A stretch of 64,000 bases of DNA from Antedon mediterranea. Its lineage: Eukaryota > Animalia > Echinodermata. The translations under genes were made by a program, and so were the position numbers. Under the pieces are notes generated by a model. The model searched no databases and was not told the DNA's origin. It worked only from the letters and a program-made list of their open reading frames with translations. This document shows positions 22,570 to 35,394 of this stretch, in pieces. The stretch covers positions 12,496,948-12,560,947 of the forward strand of contig NC_092673.1 in the NCBI RefSeq assembly GCF_964355755.1. Direction: 5' to 3'. How positions within the stretch are numbered: position 1 is the stretch's first letter; the number at the start of each line of letters is the position of its first letter.

Positions 22570-23195
22570 AGCCCCATTCCCTACGTTTTTTAGATCTAAT
22601 TTAAGATCACAAACTATATTTAATGTAAAAATAATACTATATGGTCCTATTGCGATAACTTTTTTCGTCTTTAAACGGTTAAAAATGTGAAAAATAAATC
22701 GATTCTAATAATTATAGCGGCCCGCTATAAATCCCAAAATGCATTGCGCGCGGATTGATATTTTTGTTTTTCACCTGTAATTTGCCCACTTTTCGATCGA
22801 TCGTGAAGCCAAAACAAATGGAAGACTCGTAACTTTTCAGCGAAAATACCGGGTTTTCCCCAATTTGTATCAACGGAGTCTGGCAAAAATAGAAAGACAA
22901 TTAATGCAGCAACTATACAACGTCAGGCTAGGTATATAGCTAGCGTACGATGTTCGTACGTTATCGATGTTTACCAGCTAGGCCTACAAAACTAAGCCTA
23001 GCTAGGCTAGGCCTAAGACCGTCCACGAGAGGTCGATCGCCGCGAGCTACTTAGGTAGTGCATTGTTTCTCACTTTTTATCATAATTTACCATAAAACGT
23101 ACATTTAAGACAAGGAATGACATGGTTTAATGTTTTTAAAGTGATATATATGTATTATTTTCCAAAAAACGTCCAAAATTGCAGGGAAGGGGTCT
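22570..23195. mobile_element. Non-autonomous Kolobok-type MITE
   Basis: TTAA|agccccattccctacg ... tgcagggaaggggtct|TTAA; purine-purine termini and TTAA TSD. Confidence 0.75.
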
Positions 23196-24789
23196 TTAAT
23201 CTTTATCAGCTTTAACACATCAATTTATTTATACTACTGTAAGGAAAATATCCTAGTTTTTATACTTCCTACTTGCCTATATGAATCAATCATACACGCA
23301 ATAACAATCAATAATTCTAAAGTAACGCTAAATATAATGTCAAAGATAGTGTTAGATTAAAACAGTGAGAAGTTAATGCTTTAACATGCAATTCATTCAA
23401 TTTTACTAATCCCCACTATACTCCATACCTGGCCTTAGAATACTGTACAGTATTGATTGATAGGCAGAGATAGAACAGGCCTCTGTTGACATGGCAACAT
23501 CTAGTATCTCAATGCTGCTAGAGTTGACATTCCAAAGCAGTTACCACTACTATACTACTACAATGTGACCCTACTTAACCTAGGTAGCCTACTGTACCTT
23601 AGTATGAGTCGCCTTGTCACCCTATCTGAATCTAATACAGTACAATGTTCTTATAATAATTACTTAAAGGGGGGTTCCGGGTTTAAAATGAATAGTAAAA
23701 AATGTAAAATATATTTGTTTGTCTCTTGAACGGTAAAAGTTTCAATTTATATAAGCGCCCAGTGAAGCAGAACGAAGGCTGTGAAATAAGGCCAGATTAC
23801 AAGTGCAGCTACGGCGATATGACATTGTGTTACAGAATAGGAAATTCGTGAAATGGTAAATCTTCCGACGACTCGTTATCATTAACCATATCAATTACTT
23901 TTGTAAAATTATACTTATCTGATGTAATTTTAGTCGGTCTTCCCATTTATAAAGTCAATGTTCTATGAAAATTCATCAAAACAGTGAAAAATTAGATATG
24001 TTTACACTTTACGTTTGCCGATTTTCGCACTGACTTAGGGAAAGCCTTCAAAATCAATGAAGCGTAACATATACATTCCTGCTGAGCGAGGAGAGCGAGA
24101 CGACGATACACATGCTCTACCTGCCCATGCCTGGCATCGTCACGTGATAAGCAGATACAGTATACAATACCAAACTGGTCGGGTCGAGTATACCCCGTCT
24201 ATAATCACAACATGAACGATGTACAGTATTTGATTGAAGGTCGACTCGACCTACCGGAATGGTATAGATAATATTTGTAAACATAAATATTGCTAATTTT
24301 AACAACTGTAGCCTAGTAAAAGGCCTGGTAGTGTATCAATTCGCATAGGGTCTACTACACTAGCTAGCTCAATTTGTAACTGGGCCGGATCAACTAGGTC
24401 TCCTTCCTACTACCTGGTCTACTTGCTTGATGCAGTATCCGCTTTTTTGGAGAGTAAACTAGGCCTATTTTAGGCCTACTTAGACAATCGGGACACCATA
24501 CGTGCGGACGGCGAACGGCGATATTTACAGCCGATTTTGTAGAATGTTTTAGGTTTAGATTGTTTAGGAGTTTGGTTGATAGGATGGGTTTGGAATCCAC
24601 TGAGTTTTGTTATTTATGGGCCAATCGTTTAGTGCTAGGCCCATGATGGGTCCCAATGTTTTAACGTAGCCATCGTGGCATGGAATCCCTAGTCAGAATG
24701 GCTCTTACCCATGAAAAAAAATGATTTAGGCTAGGCCTATAGGCTAGTACGTGAAGCCGATAATACGATCTGTACTATTCGAGGTATAA

Positions 24790-25795
24790 AAATAGTACTG
24801 GCCTTATAATACCATATAATTTCGAACCACGTTTTGAGGAACATGAATTACAAGACATTGATGAAGAAGCCCAAGGTGAATATGTTGACATGATGCCTGA
24901 TGGCTGCACGCCTGGATAATTTAGAATGTTAGGTATTCTCCTTGTGGTTGTTGTAGTGAAGCGCCTGCTTGATTGGGCTAGGCCTAATTAATCAATCGAA
25001 GCTAAAGCTACCTCAGTGTTTCTAAATTCTAAATATACAATTGGTTTTTTTTTTCAAATTTTGTGAGATGCCATACGTTAATATAAAGACCCCATCGTAA
25101 TTTGTTTGATGATTATTAGATGGGTCGGATTTGGGACGGTGGTTTAATAATAGGCTACTCCTTGCCTTGGGTTTGGTTATAATATAACTTATAATAATAG
25201 ATGGACTAGGCCTAAAGTATTAATATTAATATTCTGGTCATAGTTCAAATGGGCAAGTGCTAATTATATTTTCATTAAGCAAACATTTGAATTTCACTTG
25301 CTTGAGTGACTGCTGATATGATCAACTAATTATAATAATAATAATTAGTTTTATAATGACTAAATAATTTTTTTCATCTTGTTCAGTGTTCCTGTGAACA
25401 TTGCCAAATCATGGGCTCAGGGGAAGAGTACGAAAACACAAGTGCTAAACTTGAAGACAATGTCAATCTGTTCAACAATGATGCTCCATTCTCCTGCATC
25501 ACAAATCATCCAGGTTTCAAGTCTGTTGCTCTTGACTCTTGGGTGCTGGAAGTAGCATGGCTTTCGTATAAGCAACACTATGAAGTATGATAAGAAAGTT
25601 ATCTATAACGGACCAAAAAACAAAAAGTACTGTCACATATCGTACAGACAGTATGCCCGATGGATACATGGATATGTCGGAAAAAATATCCGTATAGTGC
25701 TTCCGTCTTGTGTTGTCTCTTGCATAAGAGCACATTTCCCACCACCTGGAGATGACCCGGTGTTTACAGGATTTAAATTACCAGACCTGAATTAA
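24790..25795 (+). pseudogene. KolX accessory protein (P2X7 C-terminal/ballast-like), two exons, frameshifted
   Basis: Exon ~24790-24930 (PYNFEP...RLDNLE). Exon ~25387-25795 (CSCEHCQIM, CITNHPGF, SYRQYARWIHGYVGKNIRIVLPSCVVSCIRAHFP). Confidence 0.8.
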
Positions 25796-27114
25796 AACAG
25801 CCATAGCAGCATTTTAATTTTCGAATACTATTTACCGTATTTTCCAGAGTATAGGTCGACCCCAAGTATAAGTCGACCCCCAACTTTGCCCTAGAATATC
25901 GTTGATTTTGGTATTACCTGAATATAAGTCGACCCCCAAAATCAGCTAATAACACAACTTTTTGAAGTTCAAAGAGGGCTAGAAATGTATGAAATGTGGT
26001 TGTTTGTTTATATTATTAAGGCGCCTTCGGTAAATTATTTCAAACGACAAGAACGCGTTCAGGCACGTTTGCTATTATATTACGACAAAGGTCGTAAAGA
26101 CGCGTTTGGCAGACCATTTGGGGGAACACCGTTTGGACGCGTTTATTCACGTTTGGCATGTTGCTCCGCCCCATTGAACGTTTGACTGAGCAGCATTATT
26201 GTTTGTCATTTTGTACGATTCCTTCATTGAGTATTACCAGGTAATGGTATATTGTTCTTTACACGCCCGCCGTTTGTTAAGACGTACTTTACATAAAAAT
26301 TACTTTTTAAAGCTTGGTACCGCGATTCATTCCGGCCGCAGCTATGAAGCGCCCAATGAGTCTTTTACAATAGAGACACGTTTTTTGTAGAGAATCAAAA
26401 TAAACATTTGTAACATACAGTATATTTTTTCTCTTTCAGGATCACAACAACATCGCAAGCGTTTTAAATTAGGTCTAATGCTAAAACAAAATAATTTATG
26501 TGTTTTATCCAATGTAATAGGCTAGTATATAAATTTTAATTAATGTAATTGATTGCAATGTACCCTATATGTCATATTATTATATATCATATATAAATTA
26601 AAATATAAAATCATTGTAAATTGGACTGTACAAAAATGTACAATTCCAAGTTTTATGCTTTATTAGGAAAGTGTGGGGTTTATGTTGTACTTATTCCTTC
26701 CATGCTGATTAGTAATCACATATCAACCATAGAAAATAAAAATAAAAAGACCGCGCAGTTATTGTATGACGTCTTCTGTGACAATATAGCTATCTGTGCT
26801 TTAAATGCATTTAAAAATAGGTGATTAAAGGTATGAGAGCTTCTAAAGAAAAAGATGAGGCAGATTTGAAGGTGGAATTGGAAGAACACGACCTAATAAG
26901 TCATTCCATAAGCTAGAGGCAGAAGAAGTATAGGTGCTTAGGCCATCGTTTTAGTATTAAAACCCGGAATGGAAATAAGATTTACTACATTGTCACTATC
27001 CTACAGTAAAAATTGTAGGATAGTGTAAAATGTCTAGTCCTATCGACTAATGTACCTTTTACGTATTAAAAGAAACATTTTTTTCGCGATACTAATGTAA
27101 AAACAATCACTGAC

Positions 27115-27410
27115 AACTCCGATCTTGCGTAAAAAATCCCGTACTTTTACAAACAAAATCCCGCCAATCCCGATGTTGCGTACAAAATCCCATAGTCTAC
27201 AAACACAATCCTGTCAATCCCGATCTTGCGTACAAAATCCCGTAATTTTATAAACAAAATCCCGCCAATCCCGATCTTGTGTACAAGATCCCGATGTTGC
27301 CTACAAAATCCCATAGTTTACGAACACGATCCCAATATTGCGTACAAAATCCCGCAATTCTTTAAAAAAAATCCCGTCTATCCCAATATTGCGAAAAAAA
27401 ATCCCGAAAA
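27115..27410. repeat. Minisatellite (aatcccgatcttgcgtacaaaatccc-based)
   Basis: Repeated caaaatccc and atcccgat(c/g)ttgcgta motifs with ~25/51-bp periodicity. Confidence 0.8.
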
Positions 27411-27784
27411 ATTTGTCAAATGATGACCCCATCCCGGTCGGGATCCCGAACTCATTACTGGCATTAAACATAAAATGTACATAGAAAGAAATTAAATATT
27501 GTTATTCAAACATTAGTTAAACGGATATTTGATTATTTTTTAAATAAATTAATTAATGTTGTAAATATTGTTAACTATATCTACTTTATCTACTGCTTTA
27601 AGATGTCAATACCAGACTTTTCATCTAAACTTGCCTCTGGTTGCTATTTAAGAAAAACTAAAAAGAAAAAAGCGGTTTCGAATAGGGTCCCGAGCGTTAC
27701 CCTCTACACCTTCATAAATATTATCAAGATCAAAGAAGGAATAAAATTCATTCATATAGTAATGTAAATTGTGTTATTTTACAG

Positions 27785-28876
27785 GAGAAGACGTGCTTGC
27801 CGTGGATCGTCGTGTTAGTATACGTCGGTTCTTTCCCACGACGGATCGGCCAGTATATTTGGATCATGATTTCCAACCTGATTACCCCTTGCGGTTATAT
27901 GAAACTTGTGTTGCCAAATCCTCCAGAAAGAACAACTGACACGTTTGGAAGATTTCAATATACTGTCCATCGCAACGGACCCGCAACTATAATCAACAGA
28001 GGACCTTTAACTAAATGTACAATTGCTTCTCACGTTAACGACCTGGTACCATTATTAAGAGAAGAAGTCCGTCTTGGCAAAACTGTCATATTCATCATAG
28101 CAGACGGTGGGTGTAATTTCCATGTTGGACATGCGTCAAATCTACTGTATTATTGCAGATTATTCCGTGATTTAAAACTTGATGCACTCATCATTACTTC
28201 ATACGCTCCTGGTCAATCAGCCCTAAACCCCATTGAGCATGTCTGGTCACCTTGCACAAATGCGTTGGCATCGGTATCACTTCCCGACAAGCTGCCCGGT
28301 GAATCTATATGCCCATGGCATCAAGACATACCAGAAGAGGAAATGGCCGGCAAAGAATGCAAGGTATACGACCAAGCGATGGAAGAACTTGGGGAATATT
28401 TGAAACACGTGGAATTCGGTGGTTTTCCTATCCAACTAAGTCACATACCATCCGCGGTTACTGAAGAATCTCCATATTCGGACTATAACGAAACATACAA
28501 GGTGATGTCGTCAAATAGTGGCAAAGTATACAGGGAGAGTCATTTGGTAGAGGAAGTAGAGTTTATGCTACGTCATGTAGACAAAAGAATTGGATTTTTA
28601 TCATTTGCTAAATGTAGAGACGCTTTATGTCATCACTGTCAAGGTAATCCCATCCAAGCACATGATGTTATGCAACACATTTTTCATGACGGCGGTGGAT
28701 TTCCTTCACCCGTGCCAAGCAAAGATAGAGATGGTCATTTTCTTACTTTTCATGAAGTAATGAACCTGCCTGCATGGGACACGGATGACACAGAAATGCA
28801 ACAATCTCTAGGTCGATGCAGTATATGCAGGGCATATACTGCCCTGCATTCACATTTAGTAGTAAAACGGAACTGA
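27785..28876 (+). pseudogene. Zator (TP36-like) DDE transposase core
   Basis: IIADGG...LFRDLKLDALII..YAPGQSALNPIEHVWSP...LASVSLP. An upstream frameshifted DHDFP-like motif is at ~27862. Confidence 0.75.
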
Positions 28877-31651
28877 CTACCCATGTTCGCAATGTTCGCA
28901 GTAGTTAAGTTTGGTTCACATTCATAACAATTGTTATGAAACCGTTTTCTGAGACATCATTTTTATTTATTTCAACTATAAACGGATATAATAATACGAT
29001 TCGAATACGATTTGTTTAATACTACTATGTACTATCCATTAAAACATATATTATACTGTATACGTTAATGCTTCTGAATAATGGTTTATGGGAAAATTGG
29101 ATTTTAATTTATTTAAATAAAAAATCATTGATGTTTGATGCTTTAATGTTGATTAATATTTACGATTTATTTTTCAATTGAATATACACTTGGATTATTA
29201 TTTATTTTAAATTCTGTTTTGCAACCTATTGCAATGATAATCCTGACTACTCCCAATACCTATTCATAACACACATTGATCACAAAAACTGAGCACACAT
29301 CCCACTTGTATTGTTCATTAATTGTTTTGTTTTTACAATGATCGCTTTTATAGCATTTTCAGATTCATACAGAATGTAAAAATATCTTTTGCTAATGCTA
29401 ATGCTAATTTTGTTTGTATTAAATTTAAAATGTAAATTATTGTATATTAAGACTTCTATTTTTGTACAGCGCTTTGGGCTATAATAATAAATTATTAATT
29501 TTATGAAATAAATTTGTTTTGTTTATTATTTCTGAATGCTTGAGTAGCAATCGCTTGTCTTCACATGAAAGACACTTTTTTGTTAAATATGAAGACGTCA
29601 TAGACTAAAAATACTGGATTGTTTAGTTCAAATATTTTATTACCACCATGTATAATAATATTAAAATTGGGCCAAAACATTTAGGCTCCTTCTATTCCTA
29701 ATTACTGACCGAAACCAGTTTGTTTGATGATAGTTAAGTAGGCATTATATTTATAGACCATGCACAGTGACATTTCTAACGGTTCGTGTTAATACAATAA
29801 CTCAACGGGATACTAATTCTTTTAATAATAAAATCTAAACCAAAAAGTTGCGAAATTATAACGTTCAAACACCGCACTGTTAAAATAGATTTCTTTCAGA
29901 TTACCGAAGATTTTTTAACTTTTATATAAAATATAAATTGATGTATTTAGTAACGGTAAATAGCACGATATTAATACTGTCATAATAATATGAAGATACG
30001 ATTTAGTGATGCTTATAAACGATTGATTCGTGTAAACGTGATTTGGCGCCAAGTAGCTAGCAAGATAGAAGGTAATGCAAAATGGAGGAAATATTTCCTC
30101 CATGTGCAAAGCGACGATTTGCTGTCACTCGCTCGCGATCAACTAGGCCTAGCCTAAATTGCGGTTATTTAAAAAATTTTTTCCCGTTTTTGTGAACTGC
30201 CGATCGGTTATATAATCATGCGCTATTAACATTTTATTTCACTTTAAAATCTACGAAAACCGTTTGTTTTTGCTTCACCGTATTATTAATATTAGACGTT
30301 GTTTTGGCTTCACCGTATACGGCCTGGCCGGCCTAGTAATTATTATACAGTGATGTTTGCCGCGAAAGGAGGTTCCCCGATTAGTTTTCAAGAGTTCGAG
30401 ATAATAGAAAACACGACTCTGTGACACAAACATGTTCGAACGTCAATGTTTTGTTTGAACCGGCAAGACAAAGGGAAGCCGTTTCCCTGACACAAACGCG
30501 CTACATCGCTCTGGCTCCGTTTGGAAAGGCGTGTCGGGAACGTGGTCTTTCTCATGAATATTCAATTAGATGCACTAATTAGAACGGTTGATTGTCAAAC
30601 ACGTTTCAACGACGGTCAAAATCGAAACGCGTTCTTGCCGTTTGAAATAATTTACCGAAGGCGCCTAAGATGTAATCAATAATATTTATAAGACAATCTA
30701 TTATTATTATATGTAAACCACAACGACTTCGCCGCAGTCTTCGCCAGCCTATAATAAATGCCTGACAAATGACAGCGATGTAGCGTTACAGTACTTGCCA
30801 TCAGCGATGTTTTTTCGCGTCACCCAAATAAATTAAAACGAGTTTTCCGTTAGGAGGCTTATTAAATTGTACAGGCGAGTAGTTGTAAATCGCGTTTATC
30901 TGTAAATGTACACGAATGTACATGAATAGACATGCGCAGTAATTGTAACTACGAACAAACAAACAAACTGCGCATGTGTATAGATGAAAATATCGCACAA
31001 TAACAAACATGCTGCATGGACATTCCAACGTCGTGTAGTTCGTTTGTGGTGTGTGTTATGATGTTTTCGCGAGTGAATACGAAGCATATAAAACACAAAC
31101 GAAAACTAGGCCTATTTATTCTTAATTATCTTAAAAGCGTAATATAAACATCAAAATGAGTCTTTGTGATATATTAATATTTTATTGACCAGTACTTGTT
31201 GGAGTTGTATTATTTTGTACAATGCAGGTATTAAATTAAAAACTTCTGTGAGTGATTGATTGATGATAGGCCACTGACCTTTTTTAGCTAGGCCTTGACA
31301 ATGGCAGCTGACGGCTTTTGAACAAAAACGCATGGTCGGAGTATAAGTCGACCCCCCGATTTTGCAATTAAAATTTTCCCACAAAGTCTCGACCTATACT
31401 CCGGAAAATACGGTAGTATTAGTTTAATAATTTTTTTTAATTAAATAAAATAATAATTTATACAATTTGCAACTCATTTTGATTTTATTGCTTCTCTCAT
31501 TCATATACATCTCCAATACATTGTTATTGGGAAAAAAATGAAATAGTCTGAAAATACAGTAAATTGTGAATATTTCAACAATTTTATTATGTCTACAATA
31601 ATATGCTGTGTTCAATTCATTTATATGGTTAATAAACATGGTGTCAAGTCA

Positions 31652-32919
31652 TTACTGCTTTTTAAACCGGCTTGTATGTTGGGCAACTGCAGCACTTTTT
31701 TCAGGTCTTTCAAATGCTGCGCACAATGATGGTGGTATGGTCTCTGTAAATGCATCTAGATTTAGTTCCATAACAACCTCAAGAAGACTCTTGAATAACT
31801 CATCAACATAATTATATGTATATATATTTGCTTTCGTGTCTGTGTGCCTCTGGACACCATAAGAGGCTTATCGCATACACTGGCCAGCTCCTCCTGTTCA
31901 TCCTCTTCCTCATCCTCTGTTCCAGTAATAAGCTCCCTGATCACTCTCGCCTTTTCTCTTTTAATAAATACTGACCTGTTGGAATGAATATTAATACTAT
32001 TAATAAATAAATATCAGACAAACCAAAACATTTTTTCTTTTATTTATTGAATCTATTAGTATTACACTAACCTCTGTGCTGTACACTCTTTGGCCACCTG
32101 ACCACCATCGTGGGATGTCTCCCTCACAACATGTATTGTTGGTACCGCTGTTTTGGCATTCAGTAAAAGCCTAAAAGTAGTGAGGAAACCGTTGTCCAGT
32201 TAATATTAAGGGCAAAATAACGTAAGCAATATAATTATAATATACTGTAGTTGTTAGTTCCCACTTACACCGACAGGATATTCTCCTACTGAGCATAACA
32301 GTGTAGGCATCGACTACCCTCCATCATGATTGTACAGCATTCAGTAGTACTAATTAGGCCTGGCTAGGCTAGCCCTATCCCATTATTATTAATATAATAA
32401 GCCAAATACATAACAACTAGGCCTAGGCCTAGTTGAGTTATTTGTGTGTGTAGGCAAAACTAGTTACTATTACTTATTATTTTATGTTTATTTAAAGATA
32501 AACCAACATAAAGTAAATACTATACACATATCAGACGGAGCAACTGTACTGTATGTAGTTTTAATGTTATTGTTACTGCAAATTATGTGCCCGCGCGCCT
32601 AGAAGCTAGGCTTGGCCCAGCAGGCCTAACAATAGCGACGGCGAACGTATTTTATTCAGTTTTTGTTGAAGGTAAAATATTCATCTAATTAACAAATACT
32701 TACTTTGTAGCTAGACCAACTTTGAATTGACCCATGTTTGTAAATGAATCGTCTGAAAAATGCTAAAAACAAAGCACTGATCGAGCTGTGGGTTTCCATA
32801 ATATCGCGTTTTGTACGTACAAATCTTGTCCATTGCCTGGCGGTGAAACTGTCCTTTGGCCACCGAAACAATAAGTTATTTTCATGATCACAATTCGCAG
32901 CAACACAGCGAGAAGGCAT
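31652..32919 (-). pseudogene. Kolobok THAP-transposase with the catalytic core deleted
   Basis: THAP motif MPSRCVAANC...FRWPKD...W..FV...W.P...LC..HF. After RGTQT it joins directly to the C-terminal YNYVDEL...PPSLCAAFERPEKSAAVAQHTSRF*. Confidence 0.8.
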
Positions 32920-34639
32920 ATTGATTTATTATAATAGATAAATAAAAAAGTAGCTGACAATAATAATAGTTGAACAATAACAATTAGTACCAGTAGAAAG
33001 CAGTATACAGTATATATTATTAGTAGTAAACCAGCGTCTCATGCATGCACGTGTGTTGTTTTAAAAGGCGGAAGTAGAATGTCTTCTGCCTGTGACTTCA
33101 TGCTTATAAAGTACGAGGGCATATTAACGTTCCTAATTAAGAGGTGATTACGGCCATACCGTTAAAAGTAGGTCAATGCAAATTTCGGTCAAGATTTATA
33201 GACATTAAATCTACCCAAATCTGAATTTAAGTCTGTGGCACTAGCACTTTAAATGTCAAATAAATATATGCTACTACTGTTATTATTACACTTTAGGCCT
33301 AGCTTAGAAAATCTACAAAAAATGTATTTCACAATGATCGGGTGGTCGTCGTTTGACAGGGGGAGAGAGATGTAAATTTAGTTGACAAACAAAACGTACA
33401 TGACGTCGCGAGTTTGGAATCCACTGATGACGTGATTTTGTGAATATCTCATGAATATTTAATGAGCTTCCCTAATGTGCTGAAAAACAGACTTTCCATG
33501 AATTTACCTTAAAATGTATATGAAATTTAATTTGTTTAATTTCTCGTTATTATTTCTTCATTCTGACATGTCTATATTGTTATAATATTTTTTATTTAAT
33601 AAATAAACGATATTTAAAAGCAATTTTAAACCCAGAATCCCCCTTTAATGATTAATCAAAACATAATGGTCATATACAAATTACTAATGTCAATGATTTA
33701 TCGACTCGATTGTATCTCAATACAAAAGCTTATCCTACATTACTGTAGATGGGTTTCGGAGAAATATGGAATTTACATCCGATCCATCATTCTTGACTAT
33801 AGCTAGGGACTAACTATGCGCACAATATCCCTTACTTCAACAACTTAAGTTTAACAAGTTGTGACATTTTACATACTAAACTTGATAATATTAAACGACC
33901 ATTGGTCGCTACCAATAGCTTAACTTTAATTAATAATTATGGTAAAAACAAATAATAATGAAACATATTGACTCACCCCAGCTGGATTTCAGTTGGTTTT
34001 GATCAAAAAAAGAAAGTTTTAAAAATGTATTTATACAGAAGGTACCTATGCTGAGGACTGACTGGTGGTAATGAGGTACAAGCCCATTTACATTCCTAGA
34101 GGACATTGGGTTATTCCATTTCCTGCAAAGGGTTATCACTGTGACAGGATCCCCCTGTCACAATTACATAAATACACAGCAATGGAACATTATTTTGCAA
34201 TATACGTGAGTTATAAGTATGTTACGTTATATTTTGTTCGTGATCGTCTCACTATACATATTCGTATTTGGTATAAACTGTAGCAAGTCGGAGGTGGAGG
34301 ATGTAAGAAAACATTCTAGTCAAGCTGTTACATTTAACATTAGCCTAAATAACAATGTAGTATACAATAGTAATGGAACCTAATTTTGCAAAATAACCAT
34401 GAGTTATTTTCGCGTGCGTTACATTATCGACTGTTCTTGATCATATTGCTTGTCCATATGGTGCAAAGTTAATTAATTTAGGAGGTAGGGTAGGAGTAAG
34501 GAACAAGTTTAGTCAAGCTGTAATATTTAACATTAAATAACAATTAATATAAATTAACAGTAATGGAACCTAATTGTGTAATTGACAAAGATATTTCTGT
34601 CAAATCAGTAGCTAAAAGCTGTCATCTTAGTTTTTTTTA

Positions 34640-35041
34640 TTACGATGCAAAAGGTCTAGAGGTTATATGCAAGAACCCTCTTGGAATTGTTTGATTGTCA
34701 TGTGAATTTCGTTGATGTACTCAAAATGCTAATTAAATGTCTAATTAGCACTAATTAAGTGCGTTCTTAAGTTAATTTAGCACAGGAATGGTCACTTAAG
34801 AATTATGGATCTTGGTTCCTGATAGGTCAGAGAACATTTTAGAATTGGTTTGGTCGATGTACTCGATATGCTAATTAAATTCAATTTTAGGGGTCATTTG
34901 GGTGGCTCCCCCCTAAAATTGAACAGGACCCGTCACTTAAGAATTGCCATTTCTGGGTCCCATAGACCATATCTACACACTCCACACCTCAAACCTTTTG
35001 TACTCAAATTGCTAATTAAAACCTTCTGGGCTCCCAGACTA
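34640..35041. mobile_element. Academ-like terminal fragment truncating the Gypsy 5' LTR
   Basis: Ends ...ccttctgggctcccagacta (TAGTC terminus, as at 1726) directly against internal LTR sequence; repeated ctaatta motifs. Confidence 0.5.
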
Positions 35042-35286
35042 ATATACCAGCTCTTGGGAGGGGACAAGGAGGGTCACTGAACTGATAAGTCACCTCACTG
35101 GGCTACTCCTTAAATAGTCATGTATGTTCTGTAATTAACACTTCTTGTAGATTAACACAATTTGGAAATAACTTGAACCGATAGCTACAACTTAATCACT
35201 CTCTGTGTACCTGTATATAGTGTAAATAAAGTACCATTGAGAGAATATAACAACAGTCTGTGTCATTTAATATAAAGAGTGCTACA
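35042..35286 (+). repeat. 5' LTR (missing its first ~170 bp)
   Basis: Matches ~44817-45060; ends gagtgctaca. Confidence 0.92.
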
Positions 35287-35289
35287 AAT

Positions 35290-35306
35290 TGGAGGTTCTA
35301 CCGAGA
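35290..35306 (+). promoter_or_regulatory. Primer-binding site complementary to the tRNA-Gln 3' end
   Basis: tggaggttctaccgaga, 3 nt after the LTR; matches the complement of the eukaryotic tRNA-Gln acceptor end (TGGAGGTTCCACCGAGA) with one difference. Confidence 0.8.
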
Positions 35307-35394
35307 CATTGACACAGCAGATTTTGAATTTTGTTTCTTTAATTGTACGGACAAGTTTATTTCTTTAATTCATTATACGGAAAATAGCGATAGA

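Larger units (their letters stand above)
26020..30665 (+). mobile_element. Zator DNA transposon nested in the pogo-like element
   Basis: TAA|ggcgccttcggtaaattatttcaaacgacaagaacgcgtt ... aacgcgttcttgccgtttgaaataatttaccgaaggcgcc|TAA: GG termini, 3-bp TWA TSD, Zator-like transposase inside. Confidence 0.82.
25835..31413. mobile_element. Tc1/mariner (pogo/Tc2-like) non-autonomous element nested in the Kolobok
   Basis: TA|ccgtattttccagagtataggtcga ... tcgacctatactccggaaaatacgg|TA; subterminal tataagtcgacccc repeats. Confidence 0.88.
23668..33644. mobile_element. Kolobok DNA transposon (internally deleted, with nested insertions)
   Basis: TTAA|aggggggttccgggtttaaaat ... attttaaacccagaatccccct|TTAA; convergent KolX and THAP-transposase relics inside. 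Confidence 0.88.

Noticed and set aside
25387-25795. Host P2X7 receptor gene
   Set aside because: No transmembrane or ectodomain exons; lies inside Kolobok TIRs, so called KolX.
27115-27410. CRISPR-like short repeats
   Set aside because: Degenerate minisatellite whose intervening sequences are themselves repeats.
35290-35306. tRNA gene
   Set aside because: Only a 17-nt complement of a tRNA 3' end, i.e. a PBS; no cloverleaf.
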